Below, in pieces: positions 28,310-37,212 of a DNA stretch of 64,000 nt. A model generated the notes under the pieces. That model saw only the letters and a program-made list of their open reading frames with translations. It searched no databases and was not told the DNA's origin. Source of the DNA: an uncultured Thermofilaceae archaeon (GTDB taxonomy: Archaea > Thermoproteota > Thermoprotei > Thermofilales > B69-G16); the NCBI GenBank assembly GCA_964501905.1, contig CAZCTW010000002.1, forward strand, positions 195,821-259,820, in the 5' to 3' direction. Each line of letters begins with the position of its first letter. Position 1 is the first letter of the stretch. The position numbers were made by a program, and so were the translations under genes.

Positions 28310-29691
28310 CGACTCCCTCCCACAATTATCCTACACCTAACGTGCGGTCCGCCTCCGTCGACCGGGACGGACTGCATTTTACCACAGAAACCTGGCGATT
28401 CAATAAGTAAATCCTTACCCACAGCGTCGACGCTCTTCAATACTTCAATAGCGTTCCCCGACACAGCTACACCCCTAAAAGGCCTAACTAACTCGCCATT
28501 TTTTATCTCCCACGCCTCTTGAACCGCGAACATAAACTCGCCGTTGGAATCCGCCTGCCCATGAAGACCCTTCTTCAAATAAAGCCCTTCCCGAGTCTCC
28601 GAGATTATCTCCTCGGGATCCCAATCGCCAGGCGCCATGTACGTATTCCTCATCCTCACTAGAGGCGCGTAGCTGTAGCTTTGAGCCCTCCCATTGCCCG
28701 TAGGCTCCATGCCCATAGCGGCGGCCGTCTCCCTGCTCTGCATGTACTCCTTTAACACGCCCTTCTCAACTATCACTACATCTCTAGCCTTCACTCCCTC
28801 GTCGTCGTAGGGCGTCCATCCAAACGCGTACTCTGGGCCCGGCGAATCCACTATCGTGACCAATTCCGACGCTACCTTCTCGCCTAGCTTTCTAGTTAGA
28901 ACCGTACCGCTTAACACTAAATCCGCCTCCGCCGTATGCCCAAAAGCTTCATGAACGATTAAACCTAAAAGATCATTATCCAACACCGCCGTAACCAATC
29001 CCCCCTTCGGCACAGGAGCGTCTAAAAGCCTAACCGCCCTCTCGGCCACCGTACCCGCTAAGGCGATAGGATCCTTCTCTCGGAATACTTCAAAACCCCC
29101 AGTCTTCGCTATTACGTCAAAGGATGGCGTAACTATGCCCGAGCTAGCTGCTGCGGCGTAGAACGCAGCTCTAACTCTCGCCCCCTCCACCGATATCTCA
29201 GCTCCTTCGCTGTTAACGTAGTATTTCCCGAATACGCTGTCTAGATAGGCGGCTCTATCGTCCTTTATCCGCGCGTCAAATCTCAATCTCTCATCGGCGT
29301 CTAGCATCAATTTAACCTTCTCTTCTACCGGTACGTCCAACGGATTCGCCTTAACCGTGGCGTAGACCGAGTCTCGGATGCTCCCGAACTCCGCTATCCT
29401 TATCTTCTCCTTTCTTTTATCAGCTAAAGCCCTCGCCATCGAAAGAGCTGCTTCCAAAGCCGAAGTTAGGGAGGCGCCTGATAATTCCTCCGTAGAGGCA
29501 AAGCCCCAGGAACCCCCGTAGAGAACCCTTACTCCCGCCCCCGCCGCTGCGCGGAAACCCGCCTCTTCAACCTGGCCACGCGAAATTCTGACAAAAGTCG
29601 ATTTAGAAACTTCGATTCTCACGTCGACGTAGTCGGCGCCTTTCCCAACTCCAACCTCAACTATTTTACTAGCCAAATCCAGGTACCACAT
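28306..29691 (-). CDS. tldD: TldD metalloprotease
   Basis: Contains HEAFGH (HExxxH) and the C-terminal GxC...GG region typical of TldD. Confidence 0.9.
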   Translation of the reverse strand: MWYLDLASKIVEVGVGKGADYVDVRIEVSKSTFVRISRGQVEEAGFRAAAGAGVRVLYGGSWGFASTEELSGASLTSALEAALSMARALADKRKEKIRIAEFGSIRDSVYATVKANPLDVPVEEKVKLMLDADERLRFDARIKDDRAAYLDSVFGKYYVNSEGAEISVEGARVRAAFYAAAASSGIVTPSFDVIAKTGGFEVFREKDPIALAGTVAERAVRLLDAPVPKGGLVTAVLDNDLLGLIVHEAFGHTAEADLVLSGTVLTRKLGEKVASELVTIVDSPGPEYAFGWTPYDDEGVKARDVVIVEKGVLKEYMQSRETAAAMGMEPTGNGRAQSYSYAPLVRMRNTYMAPGDWDPEEIISETREGLYLKKGLHGQADSNGEFMFAVQEAWEIKNGELVRPFRGVAVSGNAIEVLKSVDAVGKDLLIESPGFCGKMQSVPVDGGGPHVRCRIIVGGSR

Positions 29692-29736
29692 CGCACAGAA
29701 ATAACCCCATAGAGGTTAATAACGGTACAGCTTAAA

Positions 29737-30927
29737 TTAAACCAGTTTTTTCAATAAGAGTAAAAGCGCGACGTAGACCATCAGCGAAAAAGTCATGAAG
29801 TAGAAAGCAGCTAAAAAACCGGCCGCCTCCGCTAGAAAACCCGCGACAACCGGACCTACCATACTCCCCAAATCTTGGAAAAAACCCACTACTCCATAAG
29901 CCCTTCCATACCTCTCCCTACTAGACAGGCTAGCGATAAAGGCGCTTCTAGAAGGCGCGGCCATGAGCGATCCATGCAGCATAACTAGCAGAGCCACCTG
30001 AACTGGATTCCCCGCTAGAGGAAGGAGCAGAAGCGATATAGACCTTATAATCCCCACCAGTATCAACTCTTCCACGTTACCTAGTTTATCCGCTATATAG
30101 CCAGAGTAAAACCGAGAAAACATCCCCAAAACATTACGTAGAGAAAGAATAAAGCCCACCAAGGCCAAGTCAAAACCAAGCTCCAGCGTAAGCCAGTAAG
30201 TAAGCAGGGGGATAAAAGAAGAAACCGAAATAAAAAGGAAAAAGGTAGACAACGCTATCAACACATACTCCAGCAACATCTTTCGTTGACAACCCTCCTC
30301 CATCCCCGGTTTTTCCAACTCAATCCGCGAAAGAAGCAGACAAATAAGCGCTATAACCGAGAAAAAAGCACCCAACCCGAAAACCGAGTAAAAACCGTAT
30401 AAATCCGCTACAAACCCCGTAAAAACGGGAGAAAAAACACTGGGCAACATCCTCAAAGTCAAAACCAATCCAAACAAAGTCCCCGACAACTCCAACCCTT
30501 CAGCGTACACAGCAGTCGTCGACAACAAAGCCGTAGCCTCCAAACCCTGAGAAAAAGCTAAAAGAGAAATTGCCGTAAAAACCCGAAGTAAATCACTGGA
30601 GAAAAACAACAATAAAAAAGCCAAAACCCTAAACAATAGAGAAAAGAACAAAGTAAACTTATCCCCCTTAAAATCCCTAAGAAAACCACCTACAAACCTA
30701 GAAAAAGCCCTCACAACAGCACCAAACGAGAAAACTAACCCCACAGACAAAGCAGACCCGCCTAAAAACGCTATAAACGGCGGCAAAGCAACCTTGTAAC
30801 TAACCAAGCTGGCAAACGAGAGAATAAAAACTATTCTAAAAAATCCCCTCTTACCGCTCCGCCACAACCTCATACGCTCTAGATTCTCCACTAACACGCT
30901 TAAATAACTAAAGCCATCGAAACTCAA
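29737..30927 (-). CDS. MFS-type transporter
   Basis: About 12 predicted TM segments of F/L/G/S-rich sequence. The coding strand is unusually G+T-rich (see findings). Confidence 0.7.
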   Translation of the reverse strand: MSFDGFSYLSVLVENLERMRLWRSGKRGFFRIVFILSFASLVSYKVALPPFIAFLGGSALSVGLVFSFGAVVRAFSRFVGGFLRDFKGDKFTLFFSLLFRVLAFLLLFFSSDLLRVFTAISLLAFSQGLEATALLSTTAVYAEGLELSGTLFGLVLTLRMLPSVFSPVFTGFVADLYGFYSVFGLGAFFSVIALICLLLSRIELEKPGMEEGCQRKMLLEYVLIALSTFFLFISVSSFIPLLTYWLTLELGFDLALVGFILSLRNVLGMFSRFYSGYIADKLGNVEELILVGIIRSISLLLLPLAGNPVQVALLVMLHGSLMAAPSRSAFIASLSSRERYGRAYGVVGFFQDLGSMVGPVVAGFLAEAAGFLAAFYFMTFSLMVYVALLLLLKKLV

Positions 30928-31165
30928 CCTAAACCGATCGCCAACATCCCGCCCGGAGCTGTAACAGAATCGAGGTAACCCAACACGCCCCCCTCAACCA
31001 CGAAACCCTAAAGCATCCGCGATCGCCCTTAAAGCCTCAAGCGAAATTTATACCTACGCGAGTTTATTCCGGCGGCAACACGCTTCCCTCAATTTCCAAA
31101 ATATACTCTCATAAAGCTAAGTAGCTATAAAAACAGGAAAATAACCGGTAGAATCGGTGAAGAAA

Positions 31166-31330
31166 ATGGTAGAAGTAAAATGCCCTGTCTGCGGTGCAAT
31201 CATCGACCTAGGCGAAGAACCTGAAGTAGGAGATATCGTAGCATGTCCAGAATATGAAACAGAATTTGAAGTAAAAAGCTAGGAAGGCGATACTACCTAA
31301 GGGAAGTAGAAGAATACGAAGAACTGAGGA
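31166..31330 (+). pseudogene. LysW-like zinc-ribbon carrier-protein remnant (frameshifted)
   Basis: ATG 31166 gives MVEVKCPVCGAIIDLGEEPEVGDIVACPEYETEFEVKS and stops at 31280-31282. The second CxxC is lost (CPEY). The next frame continues KKLGRRYYLREVEEYEE, resembling the acidic LysW tail. The frame break sits at an A5 run. Confidence 0.3.
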
Positions 31331-31448
31331 GGAATACTAATGGCCAAAAGAAGAAAGGAAAGAAAAAAGGAAGAAGAGGAGAAAACAAAATAGAAAAGGC
31401 TAACTTAAAAACTCTTTTAAAATTTTTACCCTTCTTATTCCATACTTC

Positions 31449-31985
31449 TCAATTTCCCTCCTCCGCACATCCGAAACAGAAACAACACAAACGCCCCCAA
31501 ACCCTCGCCTTAACAACCTCCACAATATGCATAAGAGCCTTAAGAAAAGCCCAATCCCTAGCTATATTCTTCACAAAAAACACATTATCCTCCCTCCTAA
31601 TAACCCCCTTAGGCACATAAACATTAACCAACATACCACGATCAGGAGAAACATAAGAAGACTGAAGAAAACTCCCAAGACATAATCCAGCACGAGAAAA
31701 ACCAATACAAGTCCTACTCCCCAACCACTCTGAAACAGCTAAAGCCAAAGGAGCAACATCCTCAGGAAAAACAACCACCACATCTATATCCTCAGATCTA
31801 ACAAACTTCACAGCTTCATACCCGACAATCCCTAAAAAATGCTAGTTAAACTCGTATACCTCTACAAAACCTGCGAAGAAATCCCCCACATTCTCCTCCA
31901 ACTCCTTGAACATATAAAATCCTTTCAACGAGTTGAGCAATTTAACAATCATATACGGAGCATCTACCCTCCTAGCCTTAGACAT
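31449..31985 (-). pseudogene. PRTase-fold-like gene with in-frame TAG and degenerate PRPP motif
   Basis: A 47-codon ORF (ATG 31985, MSKARRVDAPYMIVK...) is in the same frame as ORF 31449..31811, separated only by TAG at 31842-31844. DVVVVFPEDVAPLALAVSEWLG and NVFFVKNIARDWAFL align topologically with PRTase hood and PRPP loops but lack the DD/TG residues. Confidence 0.35.
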
Positions 31986-32400
31986 ACACTAACCAAAACA
32001 CCACCCCACCAGGGATATTTAACAATAACCCACCGACACATATCTATATCCTCCGGAAACCCGGAGACGGTCTCAGAGCCAAAATAGCGCTACCATTAAT
32101 GGCAGATATCTCACAAAAAGACACAACAAAACCAGAACCCCGTGTAATAAGAAAAATATACATATCCAAACCGAATAAAGAGCTAAAACTTAACTAACCA
32201 TACACAAACACTCATTACTGACAAGAACCGTATTCTGAACAAGTATCCAAATCACACCAAATACATCTAGCTGAAACAGCAGATTACCTCACAAACAACT
32301 CTCCGATTTTACGAACACCACTGCTTTTATGACAAACAACCCAAACAACAAATTTTAAACAAAACAAAGGATAAAAGCAAAAAATAAAATACTACCGGCT

Positions 32401-32685
32401 TTACTCCTCCTTCTTCTCTAACACGATCTCAATCGTCGACACAGTACGCTGCTTACCAGGCTCGCCGACAACTTCGCTGCCAATTTTACACTCGACGATA
32501 TCAACCTGGTCTTTTAAAAACCTCGTTCGCACTATCTCCGCGGTATCAACGGCTTTCGAAATAGCCCTGCCACGCGCCTTAATAGTTACACGCTTCATGC
32601 CTTGGTGGAATTGTATTACGGTAGCTAGAACATAGTTCATTACGCTTTTTTGACCGACTAGTATCTGCCCTTCTTGTGCTGACAT
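32401..32685 (-). CDS. albA: Alba chromatin/RNA-binding protein (paralog 2)
   Basis: QILVGQKSVMNYVLATV...TIKARGRAISKAVDTAEIV...TVSTIEIVL. Roughly two-thirds identical to the copy at 9315. Confidence 0.9.
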   Translation of the reverse strand: MSAQEGQILVGQKSVMNYVLATVIQFHQGMKRVTIKARGRAISKAVDTAEIVRTRFLKDQVDIVECKIGSEVVGEPGKQRTVSTIEIVLEKKEE

Positions 32686-33225
32686 GTTTTCACTCCTTGT
32701 TGGTTTGTGCGTTTTTTAAAATCGTGGGTAAATATAAGTCTTTCTATTGATTGTTTAGTGTTATTAAGTGTGCTGACAAGCTGATCATTTCTTAAAGAGT
32801 AAGGGTTTTAGCCTTAAGGTATTAGGAGTTCTTTAAACCTTAAAAGTAAATGAAAAAGTATAAAATCTAGCCTGAGCGTGAACTTAGTTACAGGCTTAGT
32901 GATACTTACAAGGGTTCAAGTTTAATTCTTAAGATTTTGTCTGTGATGAGTACATCAGCTTTTGGAGTTTGCTTTAGCTAGTCATCGCCTGTTTTTATCA
33001 TACAGCCTGTTTCTGCCAAGTTGTCTATCTTTATTGTATGGCTTCGTTGTTAAGTTTCCAACATTCATTGTGAGTAGTTTATATATGGGTTTGACGCTAT
33101 TTTTCTAGACTTGCCTGGACCTTGCGCTGTCGGGCTTGACCGCCGTCTGTGACTTCATAGTCCTGTTGGGGGTTGTGGGCGAGGTGGGACTGAATCGTGA
33201 TGAGCTAAATGTGTAGCGGGCAAGC

Positions 33226-34413
33226 GTGGTGGGCCTGTATGGGGTAGCGCTGCGGGTAAGGGAGTTTCTTTCCAGGTATGATCACTTGGCTTTTCAGACT
33301 TCCATTGCTTTGTTATTTGATATTTTGGGGTTGTTGTCTGGGTGGGTGGCGGCGTTTTATTTGTTGGATTTGGAGTATTCTTGGGTTTTAATTTTGTACC
33401 CAGGTATTTTGGGGGTTAGGGGGGCTATTAGCGGGATTTTTAGCGGTAGGCTTAGCACGTCTCTGCATTTGGGTCTTGTTGAGCCTAGCCTGAAGAGGAA
33501 TACTTACCATTTCTATCTTCTCATGGCGTTTACGTTTACTCTTCCACTGTTTGGAGGGCTTCTTTTGGGGGTTTTGACTTCTGTGGTTATGGTGGTGTTT
33601 TATAAGGTTTCTCTGTTTCAGGCTTTGTCTTTGCCTTTGGTCGCTGTTGCCGCCATTTTTCTCTCGACTGTGATTCTCGTTCCTTTGACTTCTCAAATAG
33701 CGTTCACCATATTTAAGTATGGATTGGATCCCGACGTGATCTTGTATCCGATTATGTCTAGTGTAGCCGATATAGAGGCTACTGTTATCTATGCTTTATT
33801 GATTAAGGCGTATTCTTTCTCTCTAGTTCCTATAGTTTTGATCTTTATAGCCTCCGTAGCTGCTCTTGTCGTTTCGTATGTTAAGTTTGGGGAGGATAGA
33901 GATTATAGAGGGTCTGTTAAAGAATCGGTATATGCTATACTCTACATGTTGTTTTTCGAGAATATAGCTGGTTTAACTCTTCAATCTATCTCCGGTAAAA
34001 TAGAGCATTTCGCCGCTGTAATGGCTCTATATCCGGTTCTCATAGATTCTCTCGGAGATACTGGGTCTATTATAGGCTCGCGCTTAACGACGTATCTAGC
34101 CGTGGGACACGCTAAAACCGGCAAAGAGTTAGTAAAAGAGTATGGAGGCGAGTTCTTAGTGGTGGGCGCTACGGCTCTCGTTTTTTACGCGTTGCTGGGT
34201 TTTGCTACTTCCTTCTGGGGGACATCACCTTTACTGATACTGGTTGGGGGCGCCGTGGCTATAGCCTCGATAATACCTATCTCGATTTTCGCTGCTGTAG
34301 TAACTCATAGCCGCGGGTTAAATCCAGACAATTTCGTAAATCCCGTGACGAGTTCGATAGCTGACACGTTAATGACGTTGAGTCTATGGTTAGCGGCGTC
34401 GCTACTTCTCTAA
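33226..34413 (+). CDS. MgtE/SLC41-like divalent cation transporter (two tandem TM modules, no cytosolic sensor domain)
   Basis: Two repeats of the MgtE membrane-domain signature, PDVILYPIMSSVADIEATVIY and PDNFVNPVTSSIADTLMTLSL. GTG start. Confidence 0.7.
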   Translation: MVGLYGVALRVREFLSRYDHLAFQTSIALLFDILGLLSGWVAAFYLLDLEYSWVLILYPGILGVRGAISGIFSGRLSTSLHLGLVEPSLKRNTYHFYLLMAFTFTLPLFGGLLLGVLTSVVMVVFYKVSLFQALSLPLVAVAAIFLSTVILVPLTSQIAFTIFKYGLDPDVILYPIMSSVADIEATVIYALLIKAYSFSLVPIVLIFIASVAALVVSYVKFGEDRDYRGSVKESVYAILYMLFFENIAGLTLQSISGKIEHFAAVMALYPVLIDSLGDTGSIIGSRLTTYLAVGHAKTGKELVKEYGGEFLVVGATALVFYALLGFATSFWGTSPLLILVGGAVAIASIIPISIFAAVVTHSRGLNPDNFVNPVTSSIADTLMTLSLWLAASLLL

Positions 34414-34568
34414 TAAACACGCCACGCCCTCTAAATCTTCACATAATCCTAATGCCCCCTATTAGATTTGACACTGTCTTAACGGAAACTGGTCGGCGTA
34501 GAATATACTATTAGCCAGCTATTTGGCATGGAATAGAGCCTAATATGAGTATTTCCTCTTATTAGTCG

Positions 34569-35828
34569 ATGAAAAGGCTATATTTGTATACGGCGGCTTC
34601 GGTTTTAAGGCCTGAGATAGGAGAGTACGCTAGAAAGGTGCACTCGGAGCTTTCTAAAGCTTTTATAGAGCGGGGAGTCAAGGATAGGGGTTTACTCCTA
34701 GGTCCTGACGATGTCGTTGAAGGCGAGAATTTCTCGATTCTCCTCGTGGCTACGGGCGGTACTGAGGTTACGACGCTTAGGCTTTACGAGGTGGGGGATA
34801 AGCCTCTGGTCTTGGTGGCTACGGGACTGGCTAATTCCCTTGCGGCTGCTTTAGAATCAGTAGCCGCGCTCAAGTCTAAAGGCGCCGCCGTCGAGCTCCT
34901 TTATTTCGACGATTGGACTTTAGTAGATGTCGACGAAGTGGTCTTTAAGGCTTTAGAAGTGCGGCGCTTCTACGAGGTTAGGGGTTCCCGTATAGGAGTT
35001 CTAGGCGAGCCTTCTCCGTGGCTCGTAGCTAGCTCCGTAGACCGCATGAAAGCTAGGAAAATGTTGGGCGTTAATTTCATCCATATTCCACTTGAGGAGG
35101 TTGTACGGAAATTTGAGAAGAAGACGTTAACGAAGGAAGACTGGAAAAGCATCGAGAAGCTTATTGAAGAAAGTGAGAGAGTGGAGATTTCTAAAAAGTC
35201 GCTGAGTGACGCTTACAGGCTTTACCTGGCGATAAAGGAAATCGTTGAACAATACAATTTGAACGGTGTAACCGTCCGCTGTTTCGACCTTATCAAGGAA
35301 TTAGGTACGACTGCCTGTTTGGCGCTCTCCCTCCTTAACGCCGAGCTCGTAGTGGCGGGTTGTGAAGGCGATGAACAGACAGTCCTCTCCATGCTTGTTC
35401 TCTCAAAACTTTCCGGTAAACCCGCTTGGATGGGAAACCCTGTTAGGGTAGATATTTCAGCTAATGAGATTATGTTAGCCCACTGTACGGCGCCTGTAAA
35501 CGCAGGAGTCGGCTATAGACTTAAAACCCACTTTGAGAGCGGGGTAGGGGTCGGCGTCGACGTAGTCTACGAAGAAAAAAGTAAGGTTACAATCGCCCGT
35601 ATTAGCGGCGATTTAGAGAAAGTACTATTGGCTACAGGGAGAGTCGTCAAGAGCGGAATGGAAGACGCTATGCACTGCAGGACTCAGATAAGGATTAGGC
35701 TGGATGGCAACGCTAAGGATTTACTAAGTCGAAGCTTTGGCAACCACTTAGCCCTCGTCTCTGGCGATATAAGCGATTTAATTGAAAGGTACGCCGAGCT
35801 TGCGGGGCTGAAAGTTGTTAAAGTGTAG
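34569..35828 (+). CDS. L-fucose/L-arabinose isomerase-family protein
   Basis: The core VRCFDL...TTACLALSLLN...VVAGCEGDEQTVLSM...LAHCT resembles the FucI/AraA-like family. Confidence 0.55.
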   Translation: MKRLYLYTAASVLRPEIGEYARKVHSELSKAFIERGVKDRGLLLGPDDVVEGENFSILLVATGGTEVTTLRLYEVGDKPLVLVATGLANSLAAALESVAALKSKGAAVELLYFDDWTLVDVDEVVFKALEVRRFYEVRGSRIGVLGEPSPWLVASSVDRMKARKMLGVNFIHIPLEEVVRKFEKKTLTKEDWKSIEKLIEESERVEISKKSLSDAYRLYLAIKEIVEQYNLNGVTVRCFDLIKELGTTACLALSLLNAELVVAGCEGDEQTVLSMLVLSKLSGKPAWMGNPVRVDISANEIMLAHCTAPVNAGVGYRLKTHFESGVGVGVDVVYEEKSKVTIARISGDLEKVLLATGRVVKSGMEDAMHCRTQIRIRLDGNAKDLLSRSFGNHLALVSGDISDLIERYAELAGLKVVKV

Positions 35829-35832
35829 AGAA

Positions 35833-37209
35833 TTACGATAAAAACTCTATATATTTTTTAACTAGGTTTAGTGCGAAGTCTTTAAGCTCATGCAGTCTTT
35901 CTAAGTTTTTCGACTCGACGAAACACCTGAAAACGGGTTCCGTCCCGGAAGGTCTTAAAAGTATCCAATCTCCGTTTTCAAAAACAGCTTTTATTCCGTC
36001 CACCAGTATCAACTCAACCCCCTCTAATCCTTCGAGCTCTTCGCGGAGCTTCTTCAATAGGCGGGGTTTTAATTGGTCTGGGCACGGTATCGCCACTTTC
36101 TCCTGATACAGCGTCGGGAATTCCGCTATGAGCTGAGATAGCGGCTCGTATTCGTTTATAAACTGGAGGGTTTTCGCGGCCGCATAAGCCGGGTCTCCGT
36201 AGTAAATGTTATCAGGCCATATGTACTTCCCAGTTTCCTCGAATGCGAAAACGGCGTTTTCCGTCTTCATGAGTGCTTCGGCCATAGCGGGCGGTCCTAC
36301 CTTTGTATAGACTATATGCCCGCCGTATTTTTCGATAACATAGTTTATGAGACTTGAAGTGTTTATAGGACATACTATCGCGCCGCTCTTTCTCTCCAAT
36401 TCGTGTTTGGCGAAGAGAGCTCCCATATAGTCCGGCGTAACCACTCTCCCTTTTTCATCGACGAACACCGCGCGGTCGCCGTCTCCGTCAACCGCCACGC
36501 CGAAATCTGCTTTTACGTCAACAACTGTCCTGCGGAGTTCGTCTAAATATTCCGGTAGGGGGTTTGGGGGTCTCTTTGGGAAGAATCCGTTTACATCGCC
36601 GTTTATAACCGTTACTTGACAACCTAGTTTCTCAAGTATTTCGGTTAGCGCGTAGACCGCGGGCGAGTGCCCGGCGTCGAGCACTACCCGCCGGCTTTTA
36701 AAAACTCCCTCTCCGAAGTTTTCAACTATATTTTTTATATAGTGTTTTTCCGCATTTCCCTCTCTTGCCTTGCCGATTTGAATCCACTCGACGGTTTTAA
36801 AGCTCTCTTTGAAGAATATCTCCTCTATCAATTCTTCATCTTCTCTAAAAAGCTCCGCCGTCGTTTTTTTGAAGAGAAGCACGCCGTGGATCTGTGGGGG
36901 TGTGTGAGAACCTGTTACGGCTACGCCCCCGCTCAACTCTTCTCTTTTAACTGCATGTAGGAGAGCAGGCGTAGAGGTTAAGCCGTAGTCTATTACGTTT
37001 AGGCCTCCTGCGAGTAAACCCGCCGTAAAGGCATTTTTAATCATAAAACTGCCTACTCTAGCGTCCATTCCAATGCCGACTTCTCCCTTGTTGCCTAGGA
37101 ACATCGCGAAGGCAAGGGCTATTTTAGCTACGGTGGGCGGGATTAGCTTCTCGTTAACTAACCCTCTTATCCCCGAAGTTCCGAAGAGCCGCTTGTTCAA
37201 GGTTTGCAC
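35833..37209 (-). CDS. phosphohexomutase-superfamily enzyme (PGM/PMM; phosphopentomutase candidate)
   Basis: Catalytic Ser loop TGSHTPPQ, Mg loop DGDGDR, sugar loop FEETG, and phosphate loop RPSGTEP. Confidence 0.9.
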   Translation of the reverse strand: MQTLNKRLFGTSGIRGLVNEKLIPPTVAKIALAFAMFLGNKGEVGIGMDARVGSFMIKNAFTAGLLAGGLNVIDYGLTSTPALLHAVKREELSGGVAVTGSHTPPQIHGVLLFKKTTAELFREDEELIEEIFFKESFKTVEWIQIGKAREGNAEKHYIKNIVENFGEGVFKSRRVVLDAGHSPAVYALTEILEKLGCQVTVINGDVNGFFPKRPPNPLPEYLDELRRTVVDVKADFGVAVDGDGDRAVFVDEKGRVVTPDYMGALFAKHELERKSGAIVCPINTSSLINYVIEKYGGHIVYTKVGPPAMAEALMKTENAVFAFEETGKYIWPDNIYYGDPAYAAAKTLQFINEYEPLSQLIAEFPTLYQEKVAIPCPDQLKPRLLKKLREELEGLEGVELILVDGIKAVFENGDWILLRPSGTEPVFRCFVESKNLERLHELKDFALNLVKKYIEFLS

Positions 37210-37212
37210 CGG

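Noticed and set aside
31839-32087. 82-aa plus-strand ORF in the A+C-rich region.
   Set aside because: It is antisense to the better-supported minus-strand PRTase-like frame. Its T/P/H/Q-rich translation is what A+C-biased DNA produces by chance.
33190-33203. CUGA-AUC-GUGAUGA core in the leader of the MgtE-like gene, considered as a stand-alone C/D sRNA or a riboswitch-like element.
   Set aside because: There is no C box 12-15 nt upstream, no D box at a sensible distance downstream, and no enclosing stem. I kept it only as one instance of the recurrent motif.
32686-33225. ORB-like origin recognition boxes, for example GTTTCCAACATTC at about 33053 and the direct repeat GCCTGTTT(T/C)T at about 32987 and 33003.
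   Set aside because: Only 7 of 13 positions match my recollection of the ORB core (GTTTCCACTGGAA). There is no dyad and no multiple inverted copies, so this is not enough to call an origin.
33388-33696. 102-aa minus-strand ORF (RQRQ/KHHHNH-rich). ORF 39672-39926 within the ECF S gene is a similar case.
   Set aside because: These are artefacts of reading skewed or hydrophobic-gene DNA in the wrong strand or frame.
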